Positions 40,031 to 51,561 are shown, numbered from the stretch's first letter. The stretch: 64,000 nt of DNA from an uncultured Acidobacteriota bacterium (GCA_963796275.1 CAWCKY010000003.1:1472001-1536000), one strand, 5' to 3'. Numbers and translations: made by a program. Notes: generated by a model from the sequence alone, not told the origin.

Positions 40031-40066
40031 AAAAAGAGGCAGATGGTCAAAGGGACCATCTGCCTC
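40031..40066 (-). terminator. Intrinsic terminator of the OmpA-like gene
   Basis: Perfect 13-bp stem GAGGCAGATGGTC/GACCATCTGCCTC followed by a T-run on the minus strand, about 30 nt after the stop at 40096. Confidence 0.85.
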
Positions 40067-40095
40067 GGGGGTTATTCGCCGGTTGGCGCCTGTCT

Positions 40096-42385
40096 TTATT
40101 GGCGCCTGCGCGGTGCCCTACTTTCAGGAGTAACCTCTCCTGCATCGATAGGAGTTCCACTCTCAGGATCATCCGCTCCTGATGGAACGAGCCATATTCT
40201 CAACTGGTTGGGATCGGCCGATACACCGCCATCACGCAGGCTGATGCGGTTGACGTCAATTTGCGCGCCGAGGCCGCCGTCGGCCAGCCGGTCGCGGGCA
40301 TTCTTGGCGCGCGTAGCACTGATGGTTTCCGGTTTCTCGTCATCAGCGCGGTAGCCGATGATGACCAGTTTTGCCTGGGGATCAGCCTGAAGGGCCTGAA
40401 TCACTTGCCTCAGCGCATCCTTACACGCATTATCCACGCGGGAATTATTGCGCCTGAAGCTCGTGCACTGGCTGATCTCACTCGCCATCGGTTTCGGTGG
40501 CGGCGCCGCCTGCTTGACCATCACACGACTGGTGCCGCTGGCTGAGCAAGCGCCCAGGTCGGATGTCGCCCTCACCGTCACCTCGATCTGCGTGCCGCCA
40601 GTGACTCCGGTCGTATCGTGGTTAGCGCTCAATCCGCTACCACTGATCGTCCCGGCCGTAGCAAGCCAAGAGTAAGAGACGTTACCGTAATTACGGCCGC
40701 CGGTGATGCCATCGGTCGTAAAGGTGATCCTCTCTCCTGCGTCTACCTCCGCCTTGTCCGCCGTGATATTGATGTCCGGATTGAAGCAGACCGTCAGCGG
40801 CGGGCAGTTGGTGACTCGGATAACCTTCGAGTCGAAAGCGACGCAACCGCAACCATCATCGACATTGACCGTGACTGTATATTCGCCAGGGGCGAGACCA
40901 GCCGTGTCGAATGTCGAGCTGGTACCTTCACCGGTCAGCTGGCCTCCGGTGCTCGTCCACTGATAAAGCAGCGTGTCGCCGTCCGGGATCTGATCCCGTG
41001 GAGCTCAGCGCCACCTTATCACCGACGCAGACCGTTGTGGCGTCTCGCACAACGTCAGCCTGGCCCGGTGAAACTGCGCCCACATTAAGCACAACCGTCG
41101 GCGGTTGATTCGGAAGTACGGGTTCCACACGCTTATTCGCGCGGCCCACAGAAACGCCGAAGATGAATCCATTCGCGGTGCCCGCATCGATATCTGAGAA
41201 CCAGTTCATGTGACGCTGGAAAGCGCCGCTGACACCGAACCAGCGCGTGGGGTAAATTCTTGCCCCGGCGACCAGGTCGACCGGGCTGTTGTTCAACAAC
41301 GACGGAGTGCGCGACCCGACGAAAGTTGTGGAACTGACCTCAACTATGAACTGAAGGTACTGGCTCATCGGGAAGTCGACCCCGATGCCGGCGCGCAGCT
41401 CATCCGGCAGGTCGAGCGCGCGTCCGCTGCGACCGAAACCCTGGATCACGCCGCAGCCGGGGCAAAGCGGCCCGAGGTTCATATTGTCGGCGCTCGGATC
41501 ACCCTTCTTGATGTATCCGATGTTCGTCGCCAGATTGATATGCCGGGATAGGCGGCCATCGAAGGCAGCGACGAGGCCGTAATCGAAAGCGCCGGTACTG
41601 CGTCCGCGCTGGAGTCCGGTATTCAGATCGGATGTGGTGGGGATCTTGAAGAGAGGTATGAGAGCGAATCCGAACGGACTTTTGGCACCCTGGAGGACAC
41701 GAATCTTTCCGCCGATCCAGATATCACCCGAATGGGAATCTGATCCCCTTGCGAGGAACGGAGCATTAGGATAGTAGCTCGGCGCATTATTGGGTTGAAT
41801 CGCCGGCAGGATGCCGCCGACTGGTGCGCCCAGTCTGAGATAAAGCGCCGTGTCATTGCCGGTCGGGCGCGCTGAAAATGGCCCGACAGCAGGCGAGCCC
41901 GGGGTCGTACAAGGACCCGCGAATCCGCCGTTATTACACGGATCGCTAAGTATTGTGGTAGTGGCAAGAGATCCATCCGGAAGTGGAACCACAACGACCC
42001 GGCCTACAGTCAGGCCAGATGTCCTCACATCTGGGAGATAGAAACCACTCAAAAGTGCGGGAGAACCGGTTGTGACGACACTTTGGGCTTCGTATCGAGC
42101 AAAGATTTCAATTCGGTCACTGAAACCGACCTGGAAATTGGCCGGGTAGGACTGAAAGGCTACATCGCCTGGATCACGATGATAAAAGTTAGCAAAGGCA
42201 CCTAAATTGAACTCCCCTCTCCTTAATGTCTGCGCATCATAGACCGTAAACAGTCCGGTACCGCCAAAGACCGTTGGTGTTGGATTGCGAGGGTCCTCCG
42301 TTGATCGAGGCGTCTGAGCATGGGCAACTGCTCCGAGAAGCAAGAGCGTCAGCATCAAACCTGCCAATCTTCTCGCGAAACACAT
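40096..42385 (-). pseudogene. Outer-membrane beta-barrel + PKD-like + OmpA-like protein split by a +1 frameshift at 40985-40987
   Basis: Removing one base restores [12 protein letters not shown] and joins ORF 42385-40928 to a stop-free frame ending at 40096 (about 762 aa); may be a sequencing error. Confidence 0.8.
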
Positions 42386-42838
42386 ATTTCTCCTCCTGGA
42401 AGTGGGTTTTTGTTTTTCTTAAATCTTATAAGTGAATGAACAGGTTGTGTCACCCGCTGGTGATACCTGAATATTCCGCCATACATATGGCTTGGGCATA
42501 GCGCATTGAACGACGAGGCTGTTTTCACGGAACTCGGTTCTTATCGTTTGCAACAAGTTACAATTCAGAGGGCGGCCTCCTCTCAATCGCCAGGTGTTAT
42601 ACCCGCTTGTAATCGTAAATACTGCTTAAGGGAGGCTGACTGCAGTACGATGAAGACTGGGTAAAGGTACGGTCAAAATCTATACGATAGGGTTTGCCAT
42701 GTCAATCGCAAACTCACAGTCTTCACTTAGACTTAAGTATAGTTTTCAGTCTTCTGTTTTAAGTTTTTTGTCTTCAACTACAACTTCAGTTCAGTTTCAA
42801 GTCGAACGGCGGATTTAAAACGAGAAACGGAAAATTTT

Positions 42839-44116
42839 TTAAGCATAGATCCCTCGAACGCGTGTGATATAGCCGACGCGGTCGATAGCAAGCATATATG
42901 CGGCGATTCGGTTATTGACGCTATGGCTTTCGGCGTATTTGACGACATCGTTGAAACTGGCGACCATAATATCCTGCAACCGCTCGTTGACCATCTCCTC
43001 CTTCCAAAAATAGCCCATTCGGTCCTGAACCCATTCGAAGTAACTGCACGTCACTCCTCCGGCATTCGCTAAAATATCGGGGATTACAAATACCCCTTTC
43101 TGTTCGAGGATATCATCGGCGGCCGCTGTCGTCGGACCATTCGCCCCTTCAACCAATATCCGGCATTTTATTTTATTGGCATTATGACTCGTAATTTGAT
43201 TCTCGGTTGCGGCGGGCAAGAGAACTTCACAATCGATTTCGAGCAATTCATGATTGGAGATCGGCTCTGCCTTCGGATATTTCTCGAGACTCTTGAATTT
43301 GGCAAGATGCTGCATGGCGTCGGGAATATCGAGCCCCTTCGGGTTGTATATCCCGCCGTGGATGTCCGAGAGCGCGACGATCTTGTACCCGGTTTCATAC
43401 ATCAATCCCGCGGCCGTTCCGCCCACATTTCCAGATCCCTGAATAACGACTCGAGCCTCTGAAGTCGTAAATCCGAGCTTCTTGACCGCTTCGTTGGTGA
43501 CGAAAAGCAGGCCCCGGCCGGTCGCTTCGCGCCGACCGCGCGAGCCCGAAAGATCTATCGGTTTGCCCGTCACGATGGCCGTCACCGTATGGCGAGCGTG
43601 CATGGAATAGGTATCCATGATCCAGGCCATCGTTTGCTCATTGGTGTTCATGTCGGGCGCGGGCACGTCGCGCTCCGGACCGATGAAGTCGATCAGTTCG
43701 GCCGTGTAGCGGCGCGTCATTCTTTCAAGTTCGGACTGCGACATCTGTGATGGGTCGCAGATGATTCCGCCTTTGGCTCCGCCAAACGGAATATTGACGA
43801 CTGCGCATTTCCAGGTCATCCAGGCCGCCAGCGCGCGCACTTCATCGAGCGTCACATCGGGTGCGTAGCGGATGCCGCCTTTGGCCGGGCCGCGCGCGAA
43901 ATTATGCTGCACGCGGAAACCGGTGAATATTTCGATCCGGCCATCATCCATGAATACCGGAATGTAGATCGTTATCTCGCGATTGGGGACGCGTAAAACT
44001 TTATAGAGGTCAGGGTCGAGTTGAAGTAACCGAGCCGCGTGGTCGAAGCGCGACATCATCGATTCGAACGGATTATCTTCCTTGATTACCCTGATGTCAT
44101 CTACTAGTGCTGCCAC
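42839..44116 (-). CDS. gdhA: Glu/Leu/Phe/Val dehydrogenase (glutamate dehydrogenase)
   Basis: [48 protein letters not shown]. Confidence 0.93.
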   Translation of the reverse strand: MAALVDDIRVIKEDNPFESMMSRFDHAARLLQLDPDLYKVLRVPNREITIYIPVFMDDGRIEIFTGFRVQHNFARGPAKGGIRYAPDVTLDEVRALAAWMTWKCAVVNIPFGGAKGGIICDPSQMSQSELERMTRRYTAELIDFIGPERDVPAPDMNTNEQTMAWIMDTYSMHARHTVTAIVTGKPIDLSGSRGRREATGRGLLFVTNEAVKKLGFTTSEARVVIQGSGNVGGTAAGLMYETGYKIVALSDIHGGIYNPKGLDIPDAMQHLAKFKSLEKYPKAEPISNHELLEIDCEVLLPAATENQITSHNANKIKCRILVEGANGPTTAAADDILEQKGVFVIPDILANAGGVTCSYFEWVQDRMGYFWKEEMVNERLQDIMVASFNDVVKYAESHSVNNRIAAYMLAIDRVGYITRVRGIYA

Positions 44117-44274
44117 AATTAATTCTCCTTAGAAAATTTAGTCAGGATTTACCGGATTTATGATTTTCAGGAAGTAGAAATTTGGGATGAAACCTAAAAA
44201 ATCCTGTAATACCAGCTAAATTTTCTTCTCTTTCCATGGCGCCGCCAATAAAAGTGGCGACCACTCGATAGCCT

Positions 44275-44306
44275 AAAATAAAATTGGCGGGCATTTATAC
44301 CCGCCA
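44275..44306 (-). terminator. Putative intrinsic terminator after larE
   Basis: TGGCGGG/CCCGCCA stem immediately after the stop, followed by a T-rich tract on the minus strand. Confidence 0.6.
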
Positions 44307-44307
44307 T

Positions 44308-45207
44308 TCATCTTCTCTCGCCGGGTTTCAATGACTCGTTGAGAGAACCAGTGCGATAGCCGTCGAGATCGAGCGCTACGAATTTGAATCCGAGCCGCTT
44401 GAAGGCTTGCGCAATTCGCTGCGTCATCTCGAGATCGAGCGCGCGCGGCATCTCTTCGGGAGCGATTTCGATCCGAGCCACATCGCCGTGATGGCGTACG
44501 CGTAGGAGATTGAAACCGAGTCCGCGCAAGGTCGCTTCGCCTTTTTCGATAACCGACAGCTTCTCTATCGTCACCGGCATCCCGTAAGGGATACGCGATG
44601 AGAGACAGGCGGAAGCTGGACGATCCCATACCGGTAAACCGGCTCTCTGCGCCAGGACGCGTATCTCAGTCTTGGTCAACTGGGCCTCTATCAATGGGCT
44701 GCGAACTTGCAACTCATTGGCGGCCTGTCTGCCGGGACGATAATCCCCCACATCGTCGGCATTGTTGCCATCGCAAACGAACGCGTATCCGCGCGCGCGC
44801 GCCAGCTCGCTCAATCGTGAAAACAGCTCGTGCTTGCAGAAGTAACAACGGTTGGACGGGTTGGACAGATAGTTCGGATCGTTGATTTCATCCGTCAGGA
44901 TGAATTCGTGGGGGATAGAGAACTGGCTGACGATTGCGAGCGCGTCCTGGCGTTGAAAGTCCGGATAACTCGGGCTTTCACCGGTGACCGCGAGGGCGCG
45001 GTCGCCGAGTTCAGCGGCGGCTAGATAGGCTAGATAGGCGCTGTCGACGCCGCCGGAGAAGGCCACGATGACAGATTCCATCTCTCTCAGGAGACGCCGC
45101 AACTCCCGCTCTTTTTCATCTTCTCTTATTTCTGCGCTGACTGCTTGTTTGATTTCCGGTATCACCGCGTCCGCACTCACTTCCAGCTTAATAACTTCAT
45201 CCTGCAT
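44308..45207 (-). CDS. larE: ATP-dependent sacrificial sulfur transferase LarE (PP-loop)
   Basis: AFSGGVDS, RCYFCK, DYRPG, ACLSSRIPYG, RVRHHG, GYRTGSLN. Confidence 0.9.
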   Translation of the reverse strand: MQDEVIKLEVSADAVIPEIKQAVSAEIREDEKERELRRLLREMESVIVAFSGGVDSAYLAYLAAAELGDRALAVTGESPSYPDFQRQDALAIVSQFSIPHEFILTDEINDPNYLSNPSNRCYFCKHELFSRLSELARARGYAFVCDGNNADDVGDYRPGRQAANELQVRSPLIEAQLTKTEIRVLAQRAGLPVWDRPASACLSSRIPYGMPVTIEKLSVIEKGEATLRGLGFNLLRVRHHGDVARIEIAPEEMPRALDLEMTQRIAQAFKRLGFKFVALDLDGYRTGSLNESLKPGERR

Positions 45208-45257
45208 TGCGGTTCCAGCTTTCTTGTGAATCGGGGGCGTGGAATTCTATCTCATTT

Positions 45258-46292
45258 TTAAAAAACTGAATACCCCTTGATGCCCAGTGGCAGGCGAAAC
45301 ACACGCTGTGTGCTAACGACAATCATATTACCGGTCTCATCGAAGGCTAGCCCGACGAGCGTCGCCCCGGAGACGATGATCTCGGCATTCCGACCGTCAG
45401 GGGTAATGCGGACAATCCCACGGTGTCCGCGCAACGATGCGGCGACGTAAAGGTTGCCCTCGATGTCGAAGGCGAGCCCCTGCGGGCGGCCTAATCCGGT
45501 ATAGAAGCGCGTCGAATTGCCCATCGAATCGATGCGCAAGACGCTCTCGAAGGAAGAGACAGTAGGGCCGGTCAAATAGAGATCGCCATCAGGGGCGAAC
45601 GCGAGATGATAAGCCGCAATGCTCGGTTCGATCGAGGCGATCGGGCGCGACTCGCCGATCTCATTGATGCGAAAAATCGTTCCGCTGCGGTCGCCGACGT
45701 AGACCTCGCCGCGCTTATCGAAAGCCACGCCCGTTGCGATGCCCAGATCCGAAGCCACCGTCTGGATTTCCTTGAAAGGTGAAATCTTGTAGAGCGTCCC
45801 GTCATAACGGCTGGTGACATAGAGCGTTCCGTCGCGGTTGAACGCGAGCCCTGTCGGATTGACGATCTCCGTTATGAATGGCGAGACCGAACTATCGGGG
45901 CCGATTTTGTAAATCGAGACGGGGACCTTCTGCCCGCGAGCCCCCGAAAGTGTGACATAGATGCTTCCATCGTCTCGATCGATCGCGGGATTGGCGACCG
46001 GATGAAGGTTATCTGCTATCTTCGCGCCGAGTATGAAGGGCGCACTGAAACTGGCATTGGCTCCTTCGAGTTTCAACTCATCAGAGCTGACGCCGAGTTC
46101 GCAACTTGGGACGGCGGCAATCACTCGCTTCGAGGATGCGCTCACCAATCTTCCGGGTTGATCACCGAACATAACGCGGCAGGCCGAATAATCCGAGGTG
46201 TCATAGCCTTCGCAGGTAATTATGACCTCCCCGCCGTCGACCCCGGCGCGCGGGAGGGTCGACTTGATCATCCCGTTGTTTCTCGCTGCCAT
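45258..46292 (-). CDS. IPT/TIG-like + beta-propeller (NHL/SMP-30-like) protein
   Basis: Repeated PxGLAFDxxGxLYV blades. Confidence 0.75.
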   Translation of the reverse strand: MAARNNGMIKSTLPRAGVDGGEVIITCEGYDTSDYSACRVMFGDQPGRLVSASSKRVIAAVPSCELGVSSDELKLEGANASFSAPFILGAKIADNLHPVANPAIDRDDGSIYVTLSGARGQKVPVSIYKIGPDSSVSPFITEIVNPTGLAFNRDGTLYVTSRYDGTLYKISPFKEIQTVASDLGIATGVAFDKRGEVYVGDRSGTIFRINEIGESRPIASIEPSIAAYHLAFAPDGDLYLTGPTVSSFESVLRIDSMGNSTRFYTGLGRPQGLAFDIEGNLYVAASLRGHRGIVRITPDGRNAEIIVSGATLVGLAFDETGNMIVVSTQRVFRLPLGIKGYSVF

Positions 46293-46522
46293 GAATCTCT
46301 CCTTCTCAAATCACGATACGATTGAAGGAACATAAATCATACGCGAGCGGGCAATCGATGTCTAGAATCTCGATTTTTTCTCTGGCGGTTAGGTGCGGCG
46401 ATTCGACATTTCTCGTTTCACTTGCAAGTATTCTCGACGAAACGCAATCGCAGACGCCATCGAGAGGATATCCTCAATAGATTATCTATTCTGTGCATAT
46501 CTCTTTTGCGGTGAATTACTTA

Positions 46523-47488
46523 TCACTTACCCGGACGTTTTGCCGCCATCTCTTCTTCGCCTGACGCCGGCCTCTGATGGCATAAAGCGGCCGACCCGAG
46601 CAGGCCGCCCATCCCCATCGTCTCGACCGCCGAACTCGGGACGATCATCATCGCGCCTTTCTCCTTTAATCCTTCGTAAAGCATATTCATGGCGCGCAGA
46701 TGCAGCGCGGTCGGATTTTCTTGATAAGACTTGGCGGCCTCTTCGAAGAGTCGGGCGATCTCGACTTCAGCCTGACCCAGTATGATCCGAGCCTGCTTTT
46801 CGCGGGAGGCTTGAGCTTCGCGCGACATGGCATCTTGCAGCGCGTCGGGAATGACCACATCGCGCATCTCGACCGATTGCACGGTCACGCCCCAGGGCGT
46901 CGTTCGTTCGTCAATCAGTCGCTGTAGTTCGTCTTCGATGCGTTCACGCCCGCGCAGCAGATCGGTCAGCGGCGTCCTGCCGATGATATCGCGCAAGGCA
47001 GTCTGCGCCGCCCAGCTCACCGCCTGAGAATAATCTTGAACTTCAAGCGCCGCTTTTTCGACATCGTATACCATCCAGAAGAGCACTGCATCGACGTTAA
47101 CCGGTACCGTGTCTGCCGTCAGCGTCTGTTCGGCGGCGAAGTTGGTCGTAATTACGCGCTGATCGATATAGGATGAAACCGAATCGATCAGGGGCATCAC
47201 CCAGAAGAGCCCGGGGCCGCGCAACCCCATGTAACGCCCCAATCGCAGCACAACCGCGCGCTCCCATTGCTTCGCGACCCGCGGCGCAAGCGAAGCCAAC
47301 AGACCCAGCACCGTGCCCAGAATCACAAGGGTAGGACTGCTCAGGGCAAGGCCCGAAAGCAAGCCGATCAGAAACGGCAGAGCGAAGACGATCGCCGAGA
47401 CCACGTTCACATGCGCCCCTTGGGCCGATATCGCGGCATTTTCACTCGGTGATATCTTTTTAACTATATGCATAATCTCACCTGACAT
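46523..47488 (-). CDS. SPFH/slipin (stomatin-like) protein
   Basis: WERAVVLRLG, GPGLFW, TLTADTVPVNVDAV, AQTALRDIIG, WGVTVQSVE. Confidence 0.92.
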   Translation of the reverse strand: MSGEIMHIVKKISPSENAAISAQGAHVNVVSAIVFALPFLIGLLSGLALSSPTLVILGTVLGLLASLAPRVAKQWERAVVLRLGRYMGLRGPGLFWVMPLIDSVSSYIDQRVITTNFAAEQTLTADTVPVNVDAVLFWMVYDVEKAALEVQDYSQAVSWAAQTALRDIIGRTPLTDLLRGRERIEDELQRLIDERTTPWGVTVQSVEMRDVVIPDALQDAMSREAQASREKQARIILGQAEVEIARLFEEAAKSYQENPTALHLRAMNMLYEGLKEKGAMMIVPSSAVETMGMGGLLGSAALCHQRPASGEEEMAAKRPGK

Positions 47489-47894
47489 TTTGGTCTCCTT
47501 TACTGCGTCTGCTCTTGAGTTGATCGATCAACTCAGAGAGCGAGAAGCCGAGCTCGTGAGCCTCGGCCAAAATGCGATCCGCGAAGGCGCGCAATTCTCG
47601 TTCGCGGTCAATCCTGAGCGTGCGCATAGCAGACGCGTTTTGCCGCGCGCGCACAAATGTCCCAATGCCTCGCCGCGTCTCCAATACCCCCGCGCGCTCC
47701 AGCTCACCATAAACCCGGGCGACCGTATTGGCGTTGATCCTCAGATCGATGGCCAACTGGCGCACCGTCGGCAGTTGCTCGCCAATCCGCAGCCGCTCGG
47801 TGGCTATGGCAAACCGGATCGCGCGCTCGAGCTGCGCATAGAGCGGCGTCGGATCCCGCGCATTGATATAAAAACGATCTTCCATGTTCGTCAT
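47478..47894 (-). CDS. GntR family (YtrA subfamily) transcriptional regulator
   Basis: PLYAQL, GEQLPTVRQLA, INANTVARVY.ELE..G..ETRRGIGTFV; short C-domain. Confidence 0.92.
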   Translation of the reverse strand: MTNMEDRFYINARDPTPLYAQLERAIRFAIATERLRIGEQLPTVRQLAIDLRINANTVARVYGELERAGVLETRRGIGTFVRARQNASAMRTLRIDRERELRAFADRILAEAHELGFSLSELIDQLKSRRSKGDQNVR

Positions 47895-47895
47895 A

Positions 47896-47917
47896 TTGTA
47901 CTACGACAATAGTACAA
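47896..47917. promoter_or_regulatory. YtrA-type operator palindrome TTGTACTA-N6-TAGTACAA
   Basis: Perfect 8-bp inverted repeat 1 nt from the GntR start codon; resembles the YtrA-family TGTAnTA...TAnTACA consensus. Confidence 0.8.
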
Positions 47918-48166
47918 GTCAGGTTTCGGGAAAGGGTGGGCGAAAGGAAAAAAATCTTTATTTAGTCCCGCGATTAATGGTGGTGGGGCGGCGAGCGACC
48001 GGTAACAACTGGACGAAGCTGCCGAGGATAAGGCTGGGAAAATTATTTTCGTTCTTTTTGCACTTTTTCCCCTTTTTTGCTTCTCTATGAAAGTAGCTGA
48101 CGTTTCAAATATCCCTACATCGGAACTTGTGGTTAAATATCCGGCTGAACACAGGAGCAGAAAGAC

Positions 48167-48658
48167 ATGACTGATCAAGAGCGGCCGCTGGTCGCGATCG
48201 TAATGGGCAGCAAAACGGACTGGGAGACGATGCGGCACGCCGCTGAGACTCTCGTACAGTTTGAGGTCTCGCACGAATGCCGGATTGTTTCGGCGCATCG
48301 CACGCCGGCGTTAATGGCACAGTTTGCGGCGGCGGCGGAATTGCGAGGCTTCGAGGTGGTCATTGCCGGAGCCGGCGGTGCGGCGCATCTGCCGGGTATG
48401 GTTGCCGCTCATACTCTGATACCGGTGCTCGGCGTTCCGGTGGAGAGCCAGGCGCTGAAGGGAATGGACTCCCTTCTCTCGATCGTCCAGATGCCGGGCG
48501 GAGTTCCGGTGGGAACGCTTGCCATCGGGAGAGCCGGGGCGGTCAATGCCGCCCTGCTCGCCATCGCGATACTTGCGAATTCAAGGCCCGAGTTGCGCGA
48601 AAAGCTACGGAAGTTTCGCGAAGATCAGACGGCCAAAATTCTTAACGATACCCTCTAA
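48167..48658 (+). CDS. purE: N5-CAIR mutase
   Basis: [34 protein letters not shown]. Confidence 0.97.
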   Translation: MTDQERPLVAIVMGSKTDWETMRHAAETLVQFEVSHECRIVSAHRTPALMAQFAAAAELRGFEVVIAGAGGAAHLPGMVAAHTLIPVLGVPVESQALKGMDSLLSIVQMPGGVPVGTLAIGRAGAVNAALLAIAILANSRPELREKLRKFREDQTAKILNDTL

Positions 48659-48673
48659 CGACTTGTAGGAATA

Positions 48674-49843
48674 GTGAAATTATCTCTACAACCCATTCTT
48701 CCCGGATCTGTCATCGGGGTGCTCGGCAGCGGGCAACTCGGCCGAATGTTCGCCATTGCCGCCCGCCGCATGGGTTATCGCGTCCATACGTTTTCTCCCG
48801 AGTCCGACACGCCGACCGGACAGATAGCCGATGTCGAGATCGGAGCCTCCTATGACGACCTCGACGCGGTTAGAAGCTTTGCCCGCGCCGTCAATGTAGT
48901 CACCTTCGAATTTGAAAACGTGCCGGCGGCCACCGCTCAGGCAGCGGCTGAATGCGCGCCGGTGCGCCCATCCGGCTCGGTCCTGCACACCACACAGAAC
49001 CGCATGCGGGAGAAGTCCTTCCTGGCCTCGCGTTCCTTCCCCGTCACGCCGTTCAGGGAGGTCAATTCAATCGATGACCTGAAAGCCGGTCTGGATCAAC
49101 TCGGGTATCCGGCAGTATTGAAAACTGCGGGTTTTGGATATGACGGCAAAGGACAGACGAAGATCGGCGCATTCAGCCAGGCGGCTGACTCACTGGTGGC
49201 GGCCGGCGGGCGGGAAATGATCCTGGAATCCTTTGTCGATTTCGACGCTGAACTTTCCGTCATTGCCGCCAGAGGGATCGACGGGTCTTTTGCACATTGG
49301 GGCGTTATCGAAAACGTTCATCATAACCATGTCCTCGATCTCTCGATCGCTCCGGCGAAGATTTCACCCGGAGTCCAGGCGAAAGCCACAGAGATTGCCC
49401 GCGCGGTGCTCGAGCAGCTCGATGTAACGGGGGTGCTCTGCGTCGAGTTCTTTCTGACAACGAAGGGCGACCTTCTGATCAACGAACTCGCGCCGCGCCC
49501 GCATAACTCCGGCCATCTCACTTTCGACGCGTGCGTGACCAGCCAATTCGAACAGCAACTGCGCGCCGTCTGCGGATTGCCACTCGGCTCCACCGAATTA
49601 TTGAGGCCGGCCGCGATGGCTAATCTGCTCGGCGACCTGTGGCTGAACGGTGAACCGAACTGGTTAGCCGCCGCCGCGTTTCCCGAAGTCAAGTTACATC
49701 TATACGGTAAGCTCGCACCGAAGCCCGGCCGCAAAATGGGCCACCTGACGGCGATGGCTGAGACGCCGGGTGATGCCGCAAATCTCGTGCGCGCGGCACG
49801 CCAGGCATTGGTTGTGGATAGAGAAGAATCAAACGGCAATTGA
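48674..49843 (+). CDS. purK: N5-CAIR synthase
   Basis: GSGQLGRM, TFEFENVP, GYDGKGQ, NELAPRPHNSGH, GRKMGH; follows purE. Confidence 0.97.
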   Translation: MKLSLQPILPGSVIGVLGSGQLGRMFAIAARRMGYRVHTFSPESDTPTGQIADVEIGASYDDLDAVRSFARAVNVVTFEFENVPAATAQAAAECAPVRPSGSVLHTTQNRMREKSFLASRSFPVTPFREVNSIDDLKAGLDQLGYPAVLKTAGFGYDGKGQTKIGAFSQAADSLVAAGGREMILESFVDFDAELSVIAARGIDGSFAHWGVIENVHHNHVLDLSIAPAKISPGVQAKATEIARAVLEQLDVTGVLCVEFFLTTKGDLLINELAPRPHNSGHLTFDACVTSQFEQQLRAVCGLPLGSTELLRPAAMANLLGDLWLNGEPNWLAAAAFPEVKLHLYGKLAPKPGRKMGHLTAMAETPGDAANLVRAARQALVVDREESNGN

Positions 49844-50057
49844 TCGAGGCCCTGGCTCTTCTTTATTGGCTGTGAAAGTGTCAATATATTCCCGTTCAAC
49901 CCCGGTGAATCGGGCCGACCCACACTGTGCCATTTACTTTTGATTTCTTTTTATTCTGTGTTTATCATCGTTTTTATTTCTGCTAGATCAAACGGCATAT
50001 CAGGCTAGCATTCTAGTCAGCATCTTTGACTCAATTTGACTCATAAGAGGAGAGCGA

Positions 50058-51434
50058 ATGGCTATTGATGTTTTAATGCCTCAGATGGGGGAATCCATCG
50101 CTGAGGGTACGATCGTCAAGTGGTTGAAAAAAGTCGGTGAAACTGTGCAGCGGGATGAGCCGTTGCTCGAAATATCGACCGATAAGGTCGATGCTGAAAT
50201 ACCATCTCCGGGTGCGGGTGTTCTACGCGAGATCCTGGCGAAAGAAGGCGACACAATTGCGGTCAACGCCGTCATTGCACGGTTGAATGAACCGGGTGAA
50301 GTGAGCGCCGCGGGCGCGGCTCAGGCTGGGATAGCACAGCCGGCACCCGCACCGTCAGCTCCAAAACCAGCTCCCGCAGCAATGTCGGCCTCTTCGGGGC
50401 ATCCGCGTTCGCCGGCTGTTCATCAGGCGCCCGCGACTTCGGCTCCTGCGGTGGAGCCGAACGGCAAGCATATCCGTTCATCACCGCTGGTTCGCAATAT
50501 CGCACGCGAACATGAGATAGATATCGAAGAGGTTCCCGGGACGGGCCTCGGCGGGCGAGTGACCAAAGATGACATAATTAATTATATCGAGCAGCGCAAA
50601 ATGTCTCCCGCACCGGTTCCCGCTCCACCAACAGCTCCCCTGGCTCCGGGTGCTCCGGTTGCTCCGGCGCCACCGGCAGCCCCGCTTGCACCGACGCAAC
50701 CGGCGATCCCTTCTTACACGACGGGCGAGCGGATCACCATCGAGCAGATGAGCGTCATGCGGCGCAAGATTGCCGAGCACATGGTGTTGAGCCGTCGCAC
50801 TTCAGCGCACGTCACGACCTTCTTCGAGGTGGATTTCACCAACATTGCGAGGCTGCGTGAGGGCATCAAAAAGAGCTTCGAGGAGCGCAATGGGACAAAA
50901 CTTACATTTATGCCGTTCGTCATCAAGTCGGTGATCGATGCCCTGAAGGCATTCCCCGTAGTAAATGCCTCGGTAGACGGCGAGAATATTATTTACAAAC
51001 ACGATATCAACATCGGGATGGCTGTGGCGCTCGAATCAGGTTTGATCGTCCCGGTCATTAAGCAGGCCGATGCGCTGAGCCTCGTCGGCCTGGCGCGCGC
51101 CACGCAGGACCTGGCCGCGCGAGCGCGTAACAAACAGCTCAAACCCGATGAGGTATCCGGCGGGACTTTCTCGATCACTAACTTCGGCTTGTATGGCGGA
51201 TATACCGCGACGCCTATCATCAATCAACCCCAGGCAGCGATCCTGGGCCTCGGCGGCATCCACAAACGGCCGTGGGTCGTTGAAACACAGGATGGAGAGG
51301 CAATCGCAATCCGACACATAGGGGTTTTGAGTCTCTCCTTCGATCACCGTCTGATTGACGGCGCAGTCGCCGATCAGTTTATGGCGCACCTGAAGAAGAT
51401 GATCGAGACGACCGATTTTTCGTCATCGGTATAG
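50058..51434 (+). CDS. sucB: 2-oxoacid dehydrogenase E2 (dihydrolipoamide acyltransferase, SucB-like)
   Basis: Lipoyl domain STDKVDAE, E3-binding GTGLGGRVTK, catalytic FDHRLIDG; substrate specificity not certain. Confidence 0.85.
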   Translation: MAIDVLMPQMGESIAEGTIVKWLKKVGETVQRDEPLLEISTDKVDAEIPSPGAGVLREILAKEGDTIAVNAVIARLNEPGEVSAAGAAQAGIAQPAPAPSAPKPAPAAMSASSGHPRSPAVHQAPATSAPAVEPNGKHIRSSPLVRNIAREHEIDIEEVPGTGLGGRVTKDDIINYIEQRKMSPAPVPAPPTAPLAPGAPVAPAPPAAPLAPTQPAIPSYTTGERITIEQMSVMRRKIAEHMVLSRRTSAHVTTFFEVDFTNIARLREGIKKSFEERNGTKLTFMPFVIKSVIDALKAFPVVNASVDGENIIYKHDINIGMAVALESGLIVPVIKQADALSLVGLARATQDLAARARNKQLKPDEVSGGTFSITNFGLYGGYTATPIINQPQAAILGLGGIHKRPWVVETQDGEAIAIRHIGVLSLSFDHRLIDGAVADQFMAHLKKMIETTDFSSSV

Positions 51435-51453
51435 AAGAGAGCAGAGAAGGTGC

Positions 51454-51517
51454 AAAATCAGCACCGCGAGCGGCCGGCGCAAAGAATCTATCAGCTGCCG
51501 CTCGCGGTATTGATTTT
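51454..51517. repeat. REP-like hairpin
   Basis: AAAATCAGCACCGCGAGCGGC / GCCGCTCGCGGTATTGATTTT, 21-bp arms with 2 G-U pairs. Confidence 0.8.
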
Positions 51518-51561
51518 TGCGCCCACTACTTCAGCGAATCTCAAACGGCTATTCAAATTCG

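Noticed and set aside
48167-48658. purE as LarB partner of larE
   Set aside because: Canonical PurE motifs and direct pairing with purK
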